Source: an uncultured Myxococcales bacterium
GTDB taxonomy: Bacteria > Myxococcota > UBA4151
Length of the DNA: 64,000 bases
Direction: 5' to 3'
Assembly: GCA_964013405.1 (NCBI GenBank)
Contig: CAXGWI010000005.1
Location: forward strand, 3,411 to 67,410
Part shown: in pieces, positions 8,183 to 17,857 of the stretch
How the letters are laid out: the number at the start of each line of letters is the position of its first letter
Numbering within the stretch: position 1 is the first letter of the stretch
Notes under the pieces: model-generated
Databases searched by the model: none
Seen by the model: the letters and a program-made list of their open reading frames with translations, nothing else
What the model was told of the DNA's origin: nothing
Made by a program: the position numbers and the translations under genes

Positions 8183-9670
8183 ATGGGCAAACTGCCCTTC
8201 GGTCCGGTGATTGCTGCGAGCCTTAGTGGGCCCGGATCTTCCCTACAGTTCGCAGATCACCAGCGCCGGGACCAACCGGAAGCGGGGAGCCTCGATGCTG
8301 CCCATTTCTTGCTGGTGGTGGCCGAGCGCGCCGTCCTGCATTCGGTGCAGCGGGCCGGCCATCGGCCCAGTCGCTGCGTTGTCCTTGCCGAGCAACAACA
8401 GTTGCTGGAGCGGGCCGGTGCCGATCCGGTCAAGCCCCCGGCCGCCAGCCTGCCCCCCGAGCAGATCCATGGGCTGCTGCAGCGCATCGCCCCGGATTTG
8501 GCCCGTTATGGACTCACCGGGGTGTCCCGCTTGGAGGCGGACTTTGCCCCGGTTCTGGAGGCCATGGAGGCCCGGGGCCTGCCCTTGGACGTGCCCGCCT
8601 GGCGGCAGGTGCTCGCCGAGGCTGAGGGCCGGGCTGCGGCCGCCCGCACCCGACTCGGGGCCTCTGTGGGTACGGATTTAACCGGCAATCCGAACCTGGA
8701 GCCCGGCGAGCGAGGCCGTATTCTGGCCTGGTTTCAAGCCGAGGGTTACCCCATCCAGTCCACCTCGAAACACGCCCTCGGGGGCCTCGATCATCCCGCG
8801 GCCAAGGCCCTGCTGGACTGGCGGGAGGCCGCCAAACTCACCAGCACCTACGAGGGCTATCTCGACCGCCTGGCCGGAGGGCGTATCTTTGGTCGCTTTC
8901 AAGGCCTGGGCGCGGCCAGTGGGCGCATGAGCTGCGGTCACCCTAATCTGCAAAACATCCCGGCCCGTCTCCGGCCCTGCGTCCGGGCCCCGGAGGGGCG
9001 GGTCTTGGTCAGCGCAGACTATTCGGGCTGCGAGCTGCGCATCGTCGCCGCCCTGTCCCGAGACGAGGCCCTCATCGAAGCCCTCCTCGAAGCCGACTTT
9101 CACTCGGCCGTGGCCCGCCGGCTTTTTAATCAGCCGGTCTCCAAAACCGAAAACCCCGAGCTTCGACACCAGGCGAAGGGCATCAACTTTGGCCTGCTCT
9201 ACGGCATGGGGGCCAAGTCCTTGGGTCAGGATCTAGGCATCAGCACCTCCGAGGCCCGGGCTTTGATGGACCGTTATTTTGAGGGCTTTCCCCGCCTGGC
9301 CCAGTGGCGAAAAGAAGCCCTCGAAGCCCCCAAGCAGCAGGGCTTTTTGCGGACTCGACTCGGCCGTCGCCTCGCCGTGGATCGGCAACGGGACATCGGG
9401 CCCTTAGCCCTGAACTTTCCGGTTCAAGGAGGCGGGGCAGACTTGATCAAACGGGCGGCAGTCCGGGTGGAGCAGGGCCTCGCAAAAGCGGGTCTCGATG
9501 GCCAGTTGGTCAACATGATTCACGACGAACTTCTCCTCGAAGCCTCCGCGCCCGATGGGCAAGCGGTGGCCGAGTTGGTCAAGGGGGAGATGATCACCGC
9601 CGGGGCCGAGTTGTTCAAGGAAGTCCCGATGGCCGTCGACGCCGCCGTCTCGGCGAACTGGGCCCACTAG
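8183..9670 (+). CDS. Family A (Pol I-like) DNA polymerase, polymerase domain only (no 5'-3' or 3'-5' exonuclease domains)
   Basis: Motif A VLVSADYSGCELRIVAALS. Motif B RHQAKGINFGLLYGMG. Motif C LVNMIHDELLLE. The C-terminus VPMAVDAAVSANWAH resembles Klenow. The protein is only 495 aa. A divergent sigma-54 regulator gene ends 57 bp upstream, leaving no room for exonuclease domains. Confidence 0.8.
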   Translation: MGKLPFGPVIAASLSGPGSSLQFADHQRRDQPEAGSLDAAHFLLVVAERAVLHSVQRAGHRPSRCVVLAEQQQLLERAGADPVKPPAASLPPEQIHGLLQRIAPDLARYGLTGVSRLEADFAPVLEAMEARGLPLDVPAWRQVLAEAEGRAAAARTRLGASVGTDLTGNPNLEPGERGRILAWFQAEGYPIQSTSKHALGGLDHPAAKALLDWREAAKLTSTYEGYLDRLAGGRIFGRFQGLGAASGRMSCGHPNLQNIPARLRPCVRAPEGRVLVSADYSGCELRIVAALSRDEALIEALLEADFHSAVARRLFNQPVSKTENPELRHQAKGINFGLLYGMGAKSLGQDLGISTSEARALMDRYFEGFPRLAQWRKEALEAPKQQGFLRTRLGRRLAVDRQRDIGPLALNFPVQGGGADLIKRAAVRVEQGLAKAGLDGQLVNMIHDELLLEASAPDGQAVAELVKGEMITAGAELFKEVPMAVDAAVSANWAH

Positions 9671-9710
9671 TCGTTCTTTTCGTTTGAGCCTTCGGTCCCT
9701 TGTGTCGTTG

Positions 9711-9731
9711 GGGTCCGTAGGACCCTTTTTT
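9711..9731 (+). terminator. Putative rho-independent terminator downstream of the Pol A-like gene
   Basis: GGGTCC-GTAG-GACCC hairpin followed immediately by TTTTTT (9726-9731). Confidence 0.5.
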
Positions 9732-9762
9732 GCAAAGGGTCATGACAAGGAGCTCACCCCTG

Positions 9763-12072
9763 ATGTCCCAACCCCAACCGACGCGAATTCTCCAGTCCAT
9801 CTACGACGAGTCCCAGCGGCTCTGTGCGGAGGTGGGTCGGCGCCATGACCCCCACAGCTTTTATGTGCTCATGGCCTTGTTCACCGTGGAGAATCAGGCC
9901 GGTCATCTGCTGCGCTTGTCCGGCTTCTCCGAGGACATCCTGCTCGACAACTTCCCCAACGACTGGAGTGAGCAAGAAGGGGCCCTCGGGCGCCTGCAGG
10001 CCGATTGCACCGAGCTGGCCCACCGCATGGGCGATGATCGGGTGAACTCCCTCCATCTGCTCTTCGCCCTCGCCACCGACGAAGAGGGCCGGGCCCGGGA
10101 AGCCCTGCAGCGCAGCGGCCTCCAGATCGGTGTTAGCCTCGCCAAAGTCCTCGATCGCTGCGAACGGGTGCTGGTGCGGGCTCAAAGGGGCCAAAGTCGC
10201 ATGGGCAGCGTCCCCGAAGCGAAGGTTGCCCACGGCGCCACAAGAACCCGCCCGCCGGTGGCCCGCACCCTGCCGCCGATGGTGGCGCCGGGCGAAGAGT
10301 ATAAGACCCTCGCGCCCCAGTGGGTCGAGCCCGAACAGAGCCCGACACCCACTCTGGACAAGCTCTGCGAAGACATGACCGCCCTGGCCTTGACCGGGGC
10401 CATCAGCCCCATCGTTGGCCGGGGGCAGGAGTTAGAAAAAATCCTCGATATTCTCGGCAAGAGGCGCAGCAACAATCCGGTGATCGTCGGCCCCCCCGGG
10501 GTGGGGAAGACCGCCCTGGTCGAGGGCCTCGCCTACCGGCTTCAGGAGGCCGGCGATGAGCGGCGCATTCTGGGGCTCGACGTGGGGCGACTGCTGGCCG
10601 GAACCGGTCTGCGGGGCTCCCTCTCCGATCGGCTCGGCCGCTTGCGCCAAGAGATCCAGGACAGCGATCAGGCCGTGGTGCTCTTCATCGATGAGATTCA
10701 CGGTCTGCTCGGTTCCGGCGAGGGGGTGAATCAGGAGATCGCCGGCGAGTTGAAGGCCGCCCTCGCCCGGGGGCAATTGCCCTGCATCGGCGCCACCACC
10801 GAGGACGAATACCGCATGGTCTTCGCCAAAGACCCGGCCTTGTCCCGCCGCTTCAGTCCCGTCTTCATCGCCGAGCCCAGCAAGGAGGAAGCCTTTCAGA
10901 TGCTTCAGGGCTCGGCCTCGGCCTATGGCTGCCACCACGGCTTGGAATTGCCCGACGACGCCCTGCGGGCCGCTGTCGATCTCTCCCATCGTTATCTGGA
11001 CGAGGGGCAGCTGCCGGCCAAGGCCTTCGACCTCCTCGACCTGGCGGCCAGTCGAGCTCAACGTACGGGGGCCACAGCCCTCAGCGTCGAAGCCGTCGCC
11101 GGGGTGGTGGCCGAGCGGGCCCGGATGCCCATCGAGCGGTTGCTGGGCGGCGACGAAGAAAAACTCCTGCAGTTCGAAGCCGAGTTGGCCCAGCGGGTCG
11201 TCGGTCACGATGAAGCGCTCCACAAGATCGCCACCACCCTGCGGCGCAATCGGGCCGGCTTCGGTGGCGACAAGCCCATCGGCTCCTTCTTACTTCTGGG
11301 GCCCACCGGCGTGGGCAAGACGGAGGTGGCCCGAGCCACGGCCGAGGCGCTCTTTGGTCGCCACGACGACATGCTGCGCTTCGACATGGGGGAGTTCACC
11401 GAAGCCCACAGCGTGGCTCGCTTGATCGGCGCACCCCCCGGCTACGTCGGCCACGAAGAAGGAGGCCAACTCACCGAAGGTATTCGCCGCCGCCCCTACC
11501 GAGTCCTGCTCTTCGACGAGATCGAAAAGGGCCACCCCGATGTTTTACAAGTCCTCCTCGCGCTCCTCGATGAAGGTCGAGTCAGCGACTCCCGGGGCTT
11601 TACGGTCGATGCCCGCCACTGCGTGGTCTTTCTCACCTCCAACTTGGGAGCCCGCCGGGCGACCCAGCGGAGCGTTGGTTTCGGCGGTGGCTCCCGGGAT
11701 GTGGGAGGCGATGTCCTGGCGGAGGCGAAGCGCAAGTTGCCCCCCGAGTTCTTCAATCGCTTGGACGAAGTCCTCGCCTTTGAGCCCCTGACGCCGGCCG
11801 AGGCCCGGGCCATCGCCGAGCGCCTGATGGAGGCCTCCCTTGACCGCTTCCACGAGCATCGTCGGATCACCGTCGACGTGGAAGAGCGCGTCTTCGATTG
11901 GTTGGTGGAGGAGGGCTATTCGGAGGCTGATGGGGCCCGACCCATGCGACGGACGGTGCAGAATGTCCTCGAGTCGGCCCTGGCAGAAGCGGTCTTAAAG
12001 GGCGACTTGGCCGACGGTGGCGAGGCCCAACTGGTGCTCGGCGCCACCGGGCCTGAGGTCCGATGCGCCTAG
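9763..12072 (+). CDS. ClpA/ClpC-type two-ring AAA+ ATPase (Clp/Hsp100 family, short middle region)
   Basis: Clp_N-like N-terminus. D1 Walker A VGPPGVGKT. D2 Walker A GPTGVGKT. Sensor region YRVLLFDEIEKGHPDVLQVLLALLDEGRVSD. The two P-loops are about 270 aa apart, which is ClpA/ClpC-like rather than ClpB-like. An RSVGFGGG loop resembles the ClpP-docking VGF/IGF loop. AAGGAG lies 11 nt before ATG 9763 (the track ORF starts at TTG 9730). Confidence 0.8.
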   Translation: MSQPQPTRILQSIYDESQRLCAEVGRRHDPHSFYVLMALFTVENQAGHLLRLSGFSEDILLDNFPNDWSEQEGALGRLQADCTELAHRMGDDRVNSLHLLFALATDEEGRAREALQRSGLQIGVSLAKVLDRCERVLVRAQRGQSRMGSVPEAKVAHGATRTRPPVARTLPPMVAPGEEYKTLAPQWVEPEQSPTPTLDKLCEDMTALALTGAISPIVGRGQELEKILDILGKRRSNNPVIVGPPGVGKTALVEGLAYRLQEAGDERRILGLDVGRLLAGTGLRGSLSDRLGRLRQEIQDSDQAVVLFIDEIHGLLGSGEGVNQEIAGELKAALARGQLPCIGATTEDEYRMVFAKDPALSRRFSPVFIAEPSKEEAFQMLQGSASAYGCHHGLELPDDALRAAVDLSHRYLDEGQLPAKAFDLLDLAASRAQRTGATALSVEAVAGVVAERARMPIERLLGGDEEKLLQFEAELAQRVVGHDEALHKIATTLRRNRAGFGGDKPIGSFLLLGPTGVGKTEVARATAEALFGRHDDMLRFDMGEFTEAHSVARLIGAPPGYVGHEEGGQLTEGIRRRPYRVLLFDEIEKGHPDVLQVLLALLDEGRVSDSRGFTVDARHCVVFLTSNLGARRATQRSVGFGGGSRDVGGDVLAEAKRKLPPEFFNRLDEVLAFEPLTPAEARAIAERLMEASLDRFHEHRRITVDVEERVFDWLVEEGYSEADGARPMRRTVQNVLESALAEAVLKGDLADGGEAQLVLGATGPEVRCA

Positions 12073-12770
12073 GCGTCGTCGGCCGGGGGCCGGTCGGGCG
12101 CTATTTAGCAGCCCGCCTGGAGCCGGCTTTTTGGACCGGGCGAGAGCTGCTTTTGAGCGAGGGGCTCGACGGGGTCATCCTCGCGGTACCCGATGGGGCC
12201 ATCGCCAGCACCGCAGAGCAGGTCGTGGCCCGCTACCGGCCCGGCGCGCTCATCCATTGCAGTGGCGCCACCGCCCTCGACGCCTTGGGCACCGAGACCG
12301 AGCGGGCCGTCTGGCATCCCATGCGCCCCTTTCCCGTGGGCGAGCATATCGAGACCCTCGATTGTGTGGTGGGGCTGCGGGGTGACGCCCAATGGGTCGA
12401 CCGCCTGACCACCTGGAGCCGAGCCTGGGGCGGCAGCCCGGTCTGTCTCAGCGAAGACCAGGCCCTGCGGGTCCACTTGGCCTGCTGCTATGCGGCCGGC
12501 GCGACGGCCCTCATGACGACCCTGGCTCGCCAACATTTCCTCGCCGCAGGTTTGGCGCCTGAGGCCATGAAGCAGGCCATTCGTGGGCTCTCCGGGCCGG
12601 CCCTCGAAGCCGTGCTCGACCACGGCGCCCAGGCCATCACGGGCCCGGCAAGGCGGGCAGACCATGATGTGATGGCTGCCCACCGTCAGCTTCAGGATGG
12701 GGCTGAGGCGGCCCTTGCTGACGCCCTTTTTGGCCAACTCAAGGCCCTGGGATTGATCCCCCCAAGCTAA
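12063..12770 (+). CDS. Rossmann-fold NAD(P)-binding protein (DUF2520 / ProC-like)
   Basis: N-terminal LGVVGRGPVGRYLAARL is glycine-rich. GVILAVPD and GPARRADHDV resemble DUF2520-type proteins. Weak call. Confidence 0.4.
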   Translation: MRLGVVGRGPVGRYLAARLEPAFWTGRELLLSEGLDGVILAVPDGAIASTAEQVVARYRPGALIHCSGATALDALGTETERAVWHPMRPFPVGEHIETLDCVVGLRGDAQWVDRLTTWSRAWGGSPVCLSEDQALRVHLACCYAAGATALMTTLARQHFLAAGLAPEAMKQAIRGLSGPALEAVLDHGAQAITGPARRADHDVMAAHRQLQDGAEAALADALFGQLKALGLIPPS

Positions 12771-12795
12771 GGGAAATCCGGTAAGGGGCGGCGCC

Positions 12796-14070
12796 ATGAA
12801 TGCCGCCACCGCCACCTTAGCGCCCCCCAGGGGGGAACTCAGCCGGAGTCCGGCGGCCCAATGGGTTGGCGAAGAAGCAGCCCGCCTCGGCCTGTTGGTC
12901 AGTCAGTTCGAAGCTTGGGAGCCCCCGCCGACGCCGGCCCATTGGTTGCCGGAAGGTCGCCCGGATCTGACCGTGGCGCCCCGTTGGCAGCGAGGGGTCT
13001 TGGTGGAGGGAAAATACCAGGCCCACACCCACGACCGCCGCATCGCCAGTTACCACCCAGGTTATCGGGCAAAATGGATGGCCCATGAGTATCTCCATGG
13101 GATCGTCGGCTTTGCTTGGCATCCTGAGGGCTCGGATTTCTTCCACGCCCTCGCCGCTTGGCAGGCGGAGATTCTGCCCGTGGCGATCTGGTACTTCCAC
13201 GACGAGTATGGCCTGCGGCGCTGTCCGGAGCATCAGGGCGGTGGACCGCTGTTTCGTGTCTTTTGTGCGGCCTGCGAAACGGTGGCTGGCGACGGGCCCC
13301 TGGCCCCATCGAACGACGATCGATGCCGGTGGTATGAAGCCGGTCGAGCCTTCGTTGAAGAACAGCTCGCCGGCGTTCGAGCCAGCGTCAAAGCAGGCGA
13401 TTTTGAGGCCCGGCCTTGGGCGAGCCTCGATCTCGCCAGTGATGGCACGGCCTACGCCCAGGCCCAAAGTGGCCGGCTGGAGAGCGAGGCTTTCCGCCGC
13501 TTCATGGACCTTTTTCCGCCCCCAGCCGACAGCCTCGAAGCCTTCGAAGCCCGGATCCTCCAGGTGCTGGATGCCCTGGAGCAGGGACATGCTCTCGACG
13601 AGCCAGGGAGCGATTGGCGGGCCCGGGACCTGTGTTGGCGCTTGTTGAGTTTGTGGAGCGATTGCGAGGGGGAAGTTCGTGAGCACATTCTCGATCTCGC
13701 CCAGCAGCAAGCCCAGGGCTTCGATCAGTTCCCGGCCGTGCTCGCTGCTTATCGCCAACTCCATGAGGACTGGTACCTGCCCGAGGCCGACGGGCTTTTT
13801 GCGGTGGGCTATCCCCTTGGCTTCGACGGTTTGGGGCGCTCCATCCCCCGAGTGCGGGCCGGGCTCGCCAGCGTTTGTCCCCTCACCCTTGAGGCCGCTG
13901 ATCCGAGCTTGATTCAGGCTTTTGCGAGTCAGGACGGTCTTGAGCGCAGCCCCCTCGTGCAGCGGTTTCAGCGCTTTCTAGAGCGGCAAGATGTCGGCGC
14001 TGAGCTGGGGGAACTCATGGCCATGGAAGCTCGGGCTGCCCGCCTGGCAAGGGGGGGAGAAGCCCCATGA
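12796..14070 (+). CDS. Hypothetical protein with an HExxH motif (WMAHEYLHG), putative metal-dependent hydrolase
   Basis: Long ORF with coding-like GC3. The HEYLH motif is followed by His/Glu-rich segments (WYFHDEYGLRRCPEH). The stop overlaps the MFS gene start (ATGA at 14067-14070). Confidence 0.45.
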   Translation: MNAATATLAPPRGELSRSPAAQWVGEEAARLGLLVSQFEAWEPPPTPAHWLPEGRPDLTVAPRWQRGVLVEGKYQAHTHDRRIASYHPGYRAKWMAHEYLHGIVGFAWHPEGSDFFHALAAWQAEILPVAIWYFHDEYGLRRCPEHQGGGPLFRVFCAACETVAGDGPLAPSNDDRCRWYEAGRAFVEEQLAGVRASVKAGDFEARPWASLDLASDGTAYAQAQSGRLESEAFRRFMDLFPPPADSLEAFEARILQVLDALEQGHALDEPGSDWRARDLCWRLLSLWSDCEGEVREHILDLAQQQAQGFDQFPAVLAAYRQLHEDWYLPEADGLFAVGYPLGFDGLGRSIPRVRAGLASVCPLTLEAADPSLIQAFASQDGLERSPLVQRFQRFLERQDVGAELGELMAMEARAARLARGGEAP

Positions 14071-15266
14071 GCCCAGGCCAGCAACCCAGCTTCAAACTAA
14101 TCTATCTGACGGCCTTTACCCACCTCTTTGGCTTCGGCTTGCTGTTGCCCCAGCTGCCCCAGTTGGTCTCGGGTCTGGGCGGCGCAGGATTTTGGTATGG
14201 GCTCGTGGTCACCGTCTACGCCGGTGGGCAATTCGTCGGCGGGCCCCTCCTGGGGCGTCTCAGTGATCGGATCGGCCGCAAGCCGGTCCTTCTGCTCAGC
14301 TTAGGCGCAAGTGCAGCCGTCCTCTTCGCCACGGCCTATGTGGATAGCCTCCTCGCATTGACCTTGGCTCGACTGGCTGCCGGTCTGGCCGCTGGCGCCA
14401 TTTTGACCTGCCAGGCCGTGATCGCCGATCACACCCAACCCGAGAAGCGGGCCGCCACCCTCGGCAGCCTCGGGGCCTCCATGGGCCTGGGTTTCGTCGT
14501 CGGCCCAGCCTTGGGCGCGGTGCTCTCCGATTTTGGATTTTCCGGTGCCTGCTTTACCGCCGCCATCGCCCTGGGTCTGAACCTGCTGGTGGTCCAGTTT
14601 GGTTTTGCGGAGCGGGCGCCCCTCCATTCGAGCCCAAGCAGTGCCGTGCCGCCGGGCCTGGGGCAGTTGGCCCAGTACCTCCAGCGGCCGATCGTCGGTC
14701 GGGTCCTGGTGGCTTGTTTCCTTTCAGCCATCGCATTAACGGCCCTGCGGGGCAGCTTTCCCATGTACATGCAGGATCGTTTCCTCCTCGGGCCCCGCGG
14801 GCTCGGCATGGTCTTTACGTGGATCGGTCTCTTTGCTGTCTTCAGTCAGGGCGTGTTGGTGCGCATCCTCGTTCGTCGCTGGGATGAACAACGGGTTGCC
14901 CGCCTGGGCATCGCTCTCCTGGCCGTCTGCCTGGGCTTGTTGCCACTGGTCCCCAGTCTGGGGGCCGCCCTTGCGGTGGTGGCAGGTCTCGCTCTGGGGC
15001 AGGGCCTCTTTATACCGACCCTGACCGCCGTGCTGAGTCGGGCCACGTCAGCCCATGAACAGGGGATCGTTTTGGGCCTGGGTCAATCGGCCACGGCCCT
15101 GGCCCGCAGTTTAGGCCCCGTCAGCGTCGGCATCCTCTACGACCAGAACATGGCGCTGCCCTATTATGCGGCCGCGGTGACGGCCGCGGTCGCCCTGTTG
15201 ATCATGTACGGACTCGGCTCGCAGCGGGAGCGCCATCACCGTGCACCTGAAGTTGGAATGGGCTAG
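14067..15266 (+). CDS. MFS transporter (DHA/TetA-like, 12 TM)
   Basis: MFS motif A GRLSDRIGRKPVLLLSL. A second GxxxDRxGR-like motif is in the C-half. Hydrophobic throughout. Confidence 0.8.
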   Translation: MSPGQQPSFKLIYLTAFTHLFGFGLLLPQLPQLVSGLGGAGFWYGLVVTVYAGGQFVGGPLLGRLSDRIGRKPVLLLSLGASAAVLFATAYVDSLLALTLARLAAGLAAGAILTCQAVIADHTQPEKRAATLGSLGASMGLGFVVGPALGAVLSDFGFSGACFTAAIALGLNLLVVQFGFAERAPLHSSPSSAVPPGLGQLAQYLQRPIVGRVLVACFLSAIALTALRGSFPMYMQDRFLLGPRGLGMVFTWIGLFAVFSQGVLVRILVRRWDEQRVARLGIALLAVCLGLLPLVPSLGAALAVVAGLALGQGLFIPTLTAVLSRATSAHEQGIVLGLGQSATALARSLGPVSVGILYDQNMALPYYAAAVTAAVALLIMYGLGSQRERHHRAPEVGMG

Positions 15267-15274
15267 AGAGAAAC

Positions 15275-17857
15275 ATGTCCAGCACCCTTCTTCTCCCCAT
15301 GGCGGTTACGGTCATTCTGGCAACGCCAGGGGCCAAAGCGCCGGCCGGCGGCTTGGTCACCGCACCGGCCTTGTTGCCAGGAGAGCGGGTGCCTTACCCG
15401 GACCCCCCTGGCCTCGGCGGTCCCGAAGGGCGCTGTGATGCCCTCATCGACATCGACGACACGGGCCTAGTGCAACGGATCCAAATCCTGACCTGTAGTG
15501 ACCCTCGTTTTGCGGCCCAGTTGCTCGACCATGGTCCCAATTATCGTTTTTCACCGGGGGCCACGGCGGAGGGACCGGTCCCGGTCCGGATCCGCTGGGA
15601 GGAGCTCTTTGTTCCCCCGGAGCCTCCCAAACCCGTGGTGAAGCCGGTCCGATTGTTGGGCCAGGTTCGGGAAGCCGGCACGGGCGTGGTGTTGCCGGGC
15701 ATTGAGGTGACCGTGGCCAAGCAGCAAGTCGAGACGGACACGAAGGGGCGCTTCTCCTTTCGGGGTACCGGCGATGGGGAGCATATCCTGCGCTTCGTGG
15801 CCGATGGTTATCACCCAAAAACCCAGGGGGTCGTCCTGGCTCCCCAGGAGCAGGTGGAGCTCAACATTTACCTACGCCCAACCGCGGCCAACCGCTTCGT
15901 GGCGGTGGTGAAGAAGCGGAAGGAAGAGGCCTCCATCGTCCGCCGGACCCTCCATGCGGAGGAATTGGCCCGGGTGCCTGGCACGATGGGCGATCCGATC
16001 CGGGCGGTGGAGCGATTACCGGGGGTCGCCCGAGCCCCCTTCTTCGGCGGGGCCTTGATCGTTCGAGGGGGGCAAACTCAAGACACGGGTGTGCATATCG
16101 ACGCCTACCAAGTCCCCCTTTTGTTCCACTTTGGTGGCGGGCCCTCGATCATTCATCCGGACCTCGTCGAGCAGATCGACTTCCTCCCCGGCGGCTTCAG
16201 CTCGGAATATGGCCGGGCCATCGCCGGCATTATCGACGTGAAGACTCGGCGGGCCGACGGCAGTCGGTTCAGTGGGAAGATCGACATCGACTTGCTGGAC
16301 TCAGGGTTGCGGGTCGAAGGCCCCGTGGATCGGGAGGGGAACTGGGCCGCTGCCCTGACCGCTCGACGCTCGTACGTCGACCAGTTGTTGCCCATCGCCC
16401 TCGACGCCGTGGGGGCGGGCAGTGAGGTCCGGGTGCAGCCGGTCTACTGGGATTACCAGGCCCGGCTCGACTATGTGAAGAAGGGCAGCCCTCGAAAGGG
16501 CGGCCTGCGACTCTACGGTAGCGACGATGTTTTTCGCCTGGTCAGCGCCGATGAAGAGGCCGCTCGCCGGGAAGGCCGCCCCCCCGGCATCGGCATTCAT
16601 ACCCGCTTTCATCATCTGGTCGCCGATGTGGAGCAGCGACTGGGCCCAGGAACTCGACTGCTGGCGGACATGAAGCTCGGCACCACCCGAACCGGGGGTG
16701 ATGTGGGCGATATTCGCTGGGATTTGGGCTACACCTCCGCGGCTCTGCGGGGTCAAGTTCGTCACCGAGTCCACCCGGGCCTTGAGTTGAGAACAGGCCT
16801 GGCCTTCGAGGACCAGTACTGGACGAGCGATGCGCGCATCCCGGTCAACTCGATCCTCGAGCGGAATTTTCCAGGCAGCGATTTGGGCGACGACTTCACG
16901 CTGACGGAGATCTCCGAGAATGGCAACGGGATCGGGCTCGATGGCTTTCTCACCCTTCATTGGAAGCCGGACCGAGAACTGGATTTCTTTCCTGGCTTGC
17001 GCATCAGTACCAGCCATTGGGGGGATCAAAGCCGAGTGGCCTTCGAGCCACGCCTGAGCCTGCAGGTGAAGTTGGATCCGGAGGGTCGACACCGGCTTAA
17101 GTTCCAGAGCGGCCACTATACTCGCATGCCCCAGCCCCAGGAGGTGTCGAACACCTTGGGCGATCCCGGCCTCGAGTTGGTGAAAGCCTGGCAATACGGG
17201 ATCGGCTACGAGATCGAGGTCGACCCCTACCTCACCACCGATCTGCAGATGTATTATCGCCGCATGTGGGACGGCATCACGAACAACCGGAATTACGTCA
17301 ATGGGGGCAGTGAGCCCCGCATTCACAATGAAGGCTGGGGCCGGGCCTACGGCATCGAGTTGATGGTGCGGGCGAATCCCGGACCCAAGCCCTACTATGG
17401 CTGGATCGCCTACACCCTCAACCGCAGCGAGCTCTACGATGGGGATCGGCCCGAAGATGGCTGGACCTTGTTCAACCTCGACCAAACCCACATCCTCAAC
17501 ACCGTGCTGGGCTACAAGTTTGGCTATGGCTGGGTCACAGGGCTGACCATTCGACTCGTCAGCGGGACGCCGACCACCACCCTGGAAGGGGCCCGCTTCG
17601 ATGTGGATACGGGGGATTATCGAGCTTTTCGTAGCGAGAAGAACGACGCCCGCAAGCCTCCCTTCTTTCAGGTCGATTGGCGTATCGAGAAACGCATCGC
17701 CCGGGCGAGGACCGCCTGGGTCTGGTATGTGGATGTGATGAACCTAACCAATCACGAGAACACCGAGTTCTACATTTATCAGTATGACTTCCGGGCCCGG
17801 ACCAGCTTGCCTGGCTTGCCCTTCTTCCCTTCCCTCGGTTTGGAGTACACGTGGTGA
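15275..17857 (+). CDS. TonB-dependent outer-membrane receptor with N-terminal carboxypeptidase-regulatory-like domain (Oar-like)
   Basis: CarbopepD_reg-like segment GIEVTVAKQQVETDTKGRFSFRGTGDGEHILRF. Plug region GTMGDPIRAVERLPGV. Long beta-barrel ending in the aromatic residues ...GLEYTW. Confidence 0.7.
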   Translation: MSSTLLLPMAVTVILATPGAKAPAGGLVTAPALLPGERVPYPDPPGLGGPEGRCDALIDIDDTGLVQRIQILTCSDPRFAAQLLDHGPNYRFSPGATAEGPVPVRIRWEELFVPPEPPKPVVKPVRLLGQVREAGTGVVLPGIEVTVAKQQVETDTKGRFSFRGTGDGEHILRFVADGYHPKTQGVVLAPQEQVELNIYLRPTAANRFVAVVKKRKEEASIVRRTLHAEELARVPGTMGDPIRAVERLPGVARAPFFGGALIVRGGQTQDTGVHIDAYQVPLLFHFGGGPSIIHPDLVEQIDFLPGGFSSEYGRAIAGIIDVKTRRADGSRFSGKIDIDLLDSGLRVEGPVDREGNWAAALTARRSYVDQLLPIALDAVGAGSEVRVQPVYWDYQARLDYVKKGSPRKGGLRLYGSDDVFRLVSADEEAARREGRPPGIGIHTRFHHLVADVEQRLGPGTRLLADMKLGTTRTGGDVGDIRWDLGYTSAALRGQVRHRVHPGLELRTGLAFEDQYWTSDARIPVNSILERNFPGSDLGDDFTLTEISENGNGIGLDGFLTLHWKPDRELDFFPGLRISTSHWGDQSRVAFEPRLSLQVKLDPEGRHRLKFQSGHYTRMPQPQEVSNTLGDPGLELVKAWQYGIGYEIEVDPYLTTDLQMYYRRMWDGITNNRNYVNGGSEPRIHNEGWGRAYGIELMVRANPGPKPYYGWIAYTLNRSELYDGDRPEDGWTLFNLDQTHILNTVLGYKFGYGWVTGLTIRLVSGTPTTTLEGARFDVDTGDYRAFRSEKNDARKPPFFQVDWRIEKRIARARTAWVWYVDVMNLTNHENTEFYIYQYDFRARTSLPGLPFFPSLGLEYTW

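Noticed and set aside
10432-11223. 263-aa minus-strand ORF (similar ones at 12105-12815, 12817-13764, 1144-1866, 2939-3580, 3650-4441, 19527-20183 and 59167-59907)
   Set aside because: All are antisense or overlapping out-of-frame to genes with strong motif support. High GC suppresses stop codons in non-coding frames.
16301-17491. 396-aa minus-strand ORF inside the TonB-dependent receptor gene
   Set aside because: Antisense to a coding region with clear barrel and plug motifs, and has Ala/Gly/Pro-rich composition.
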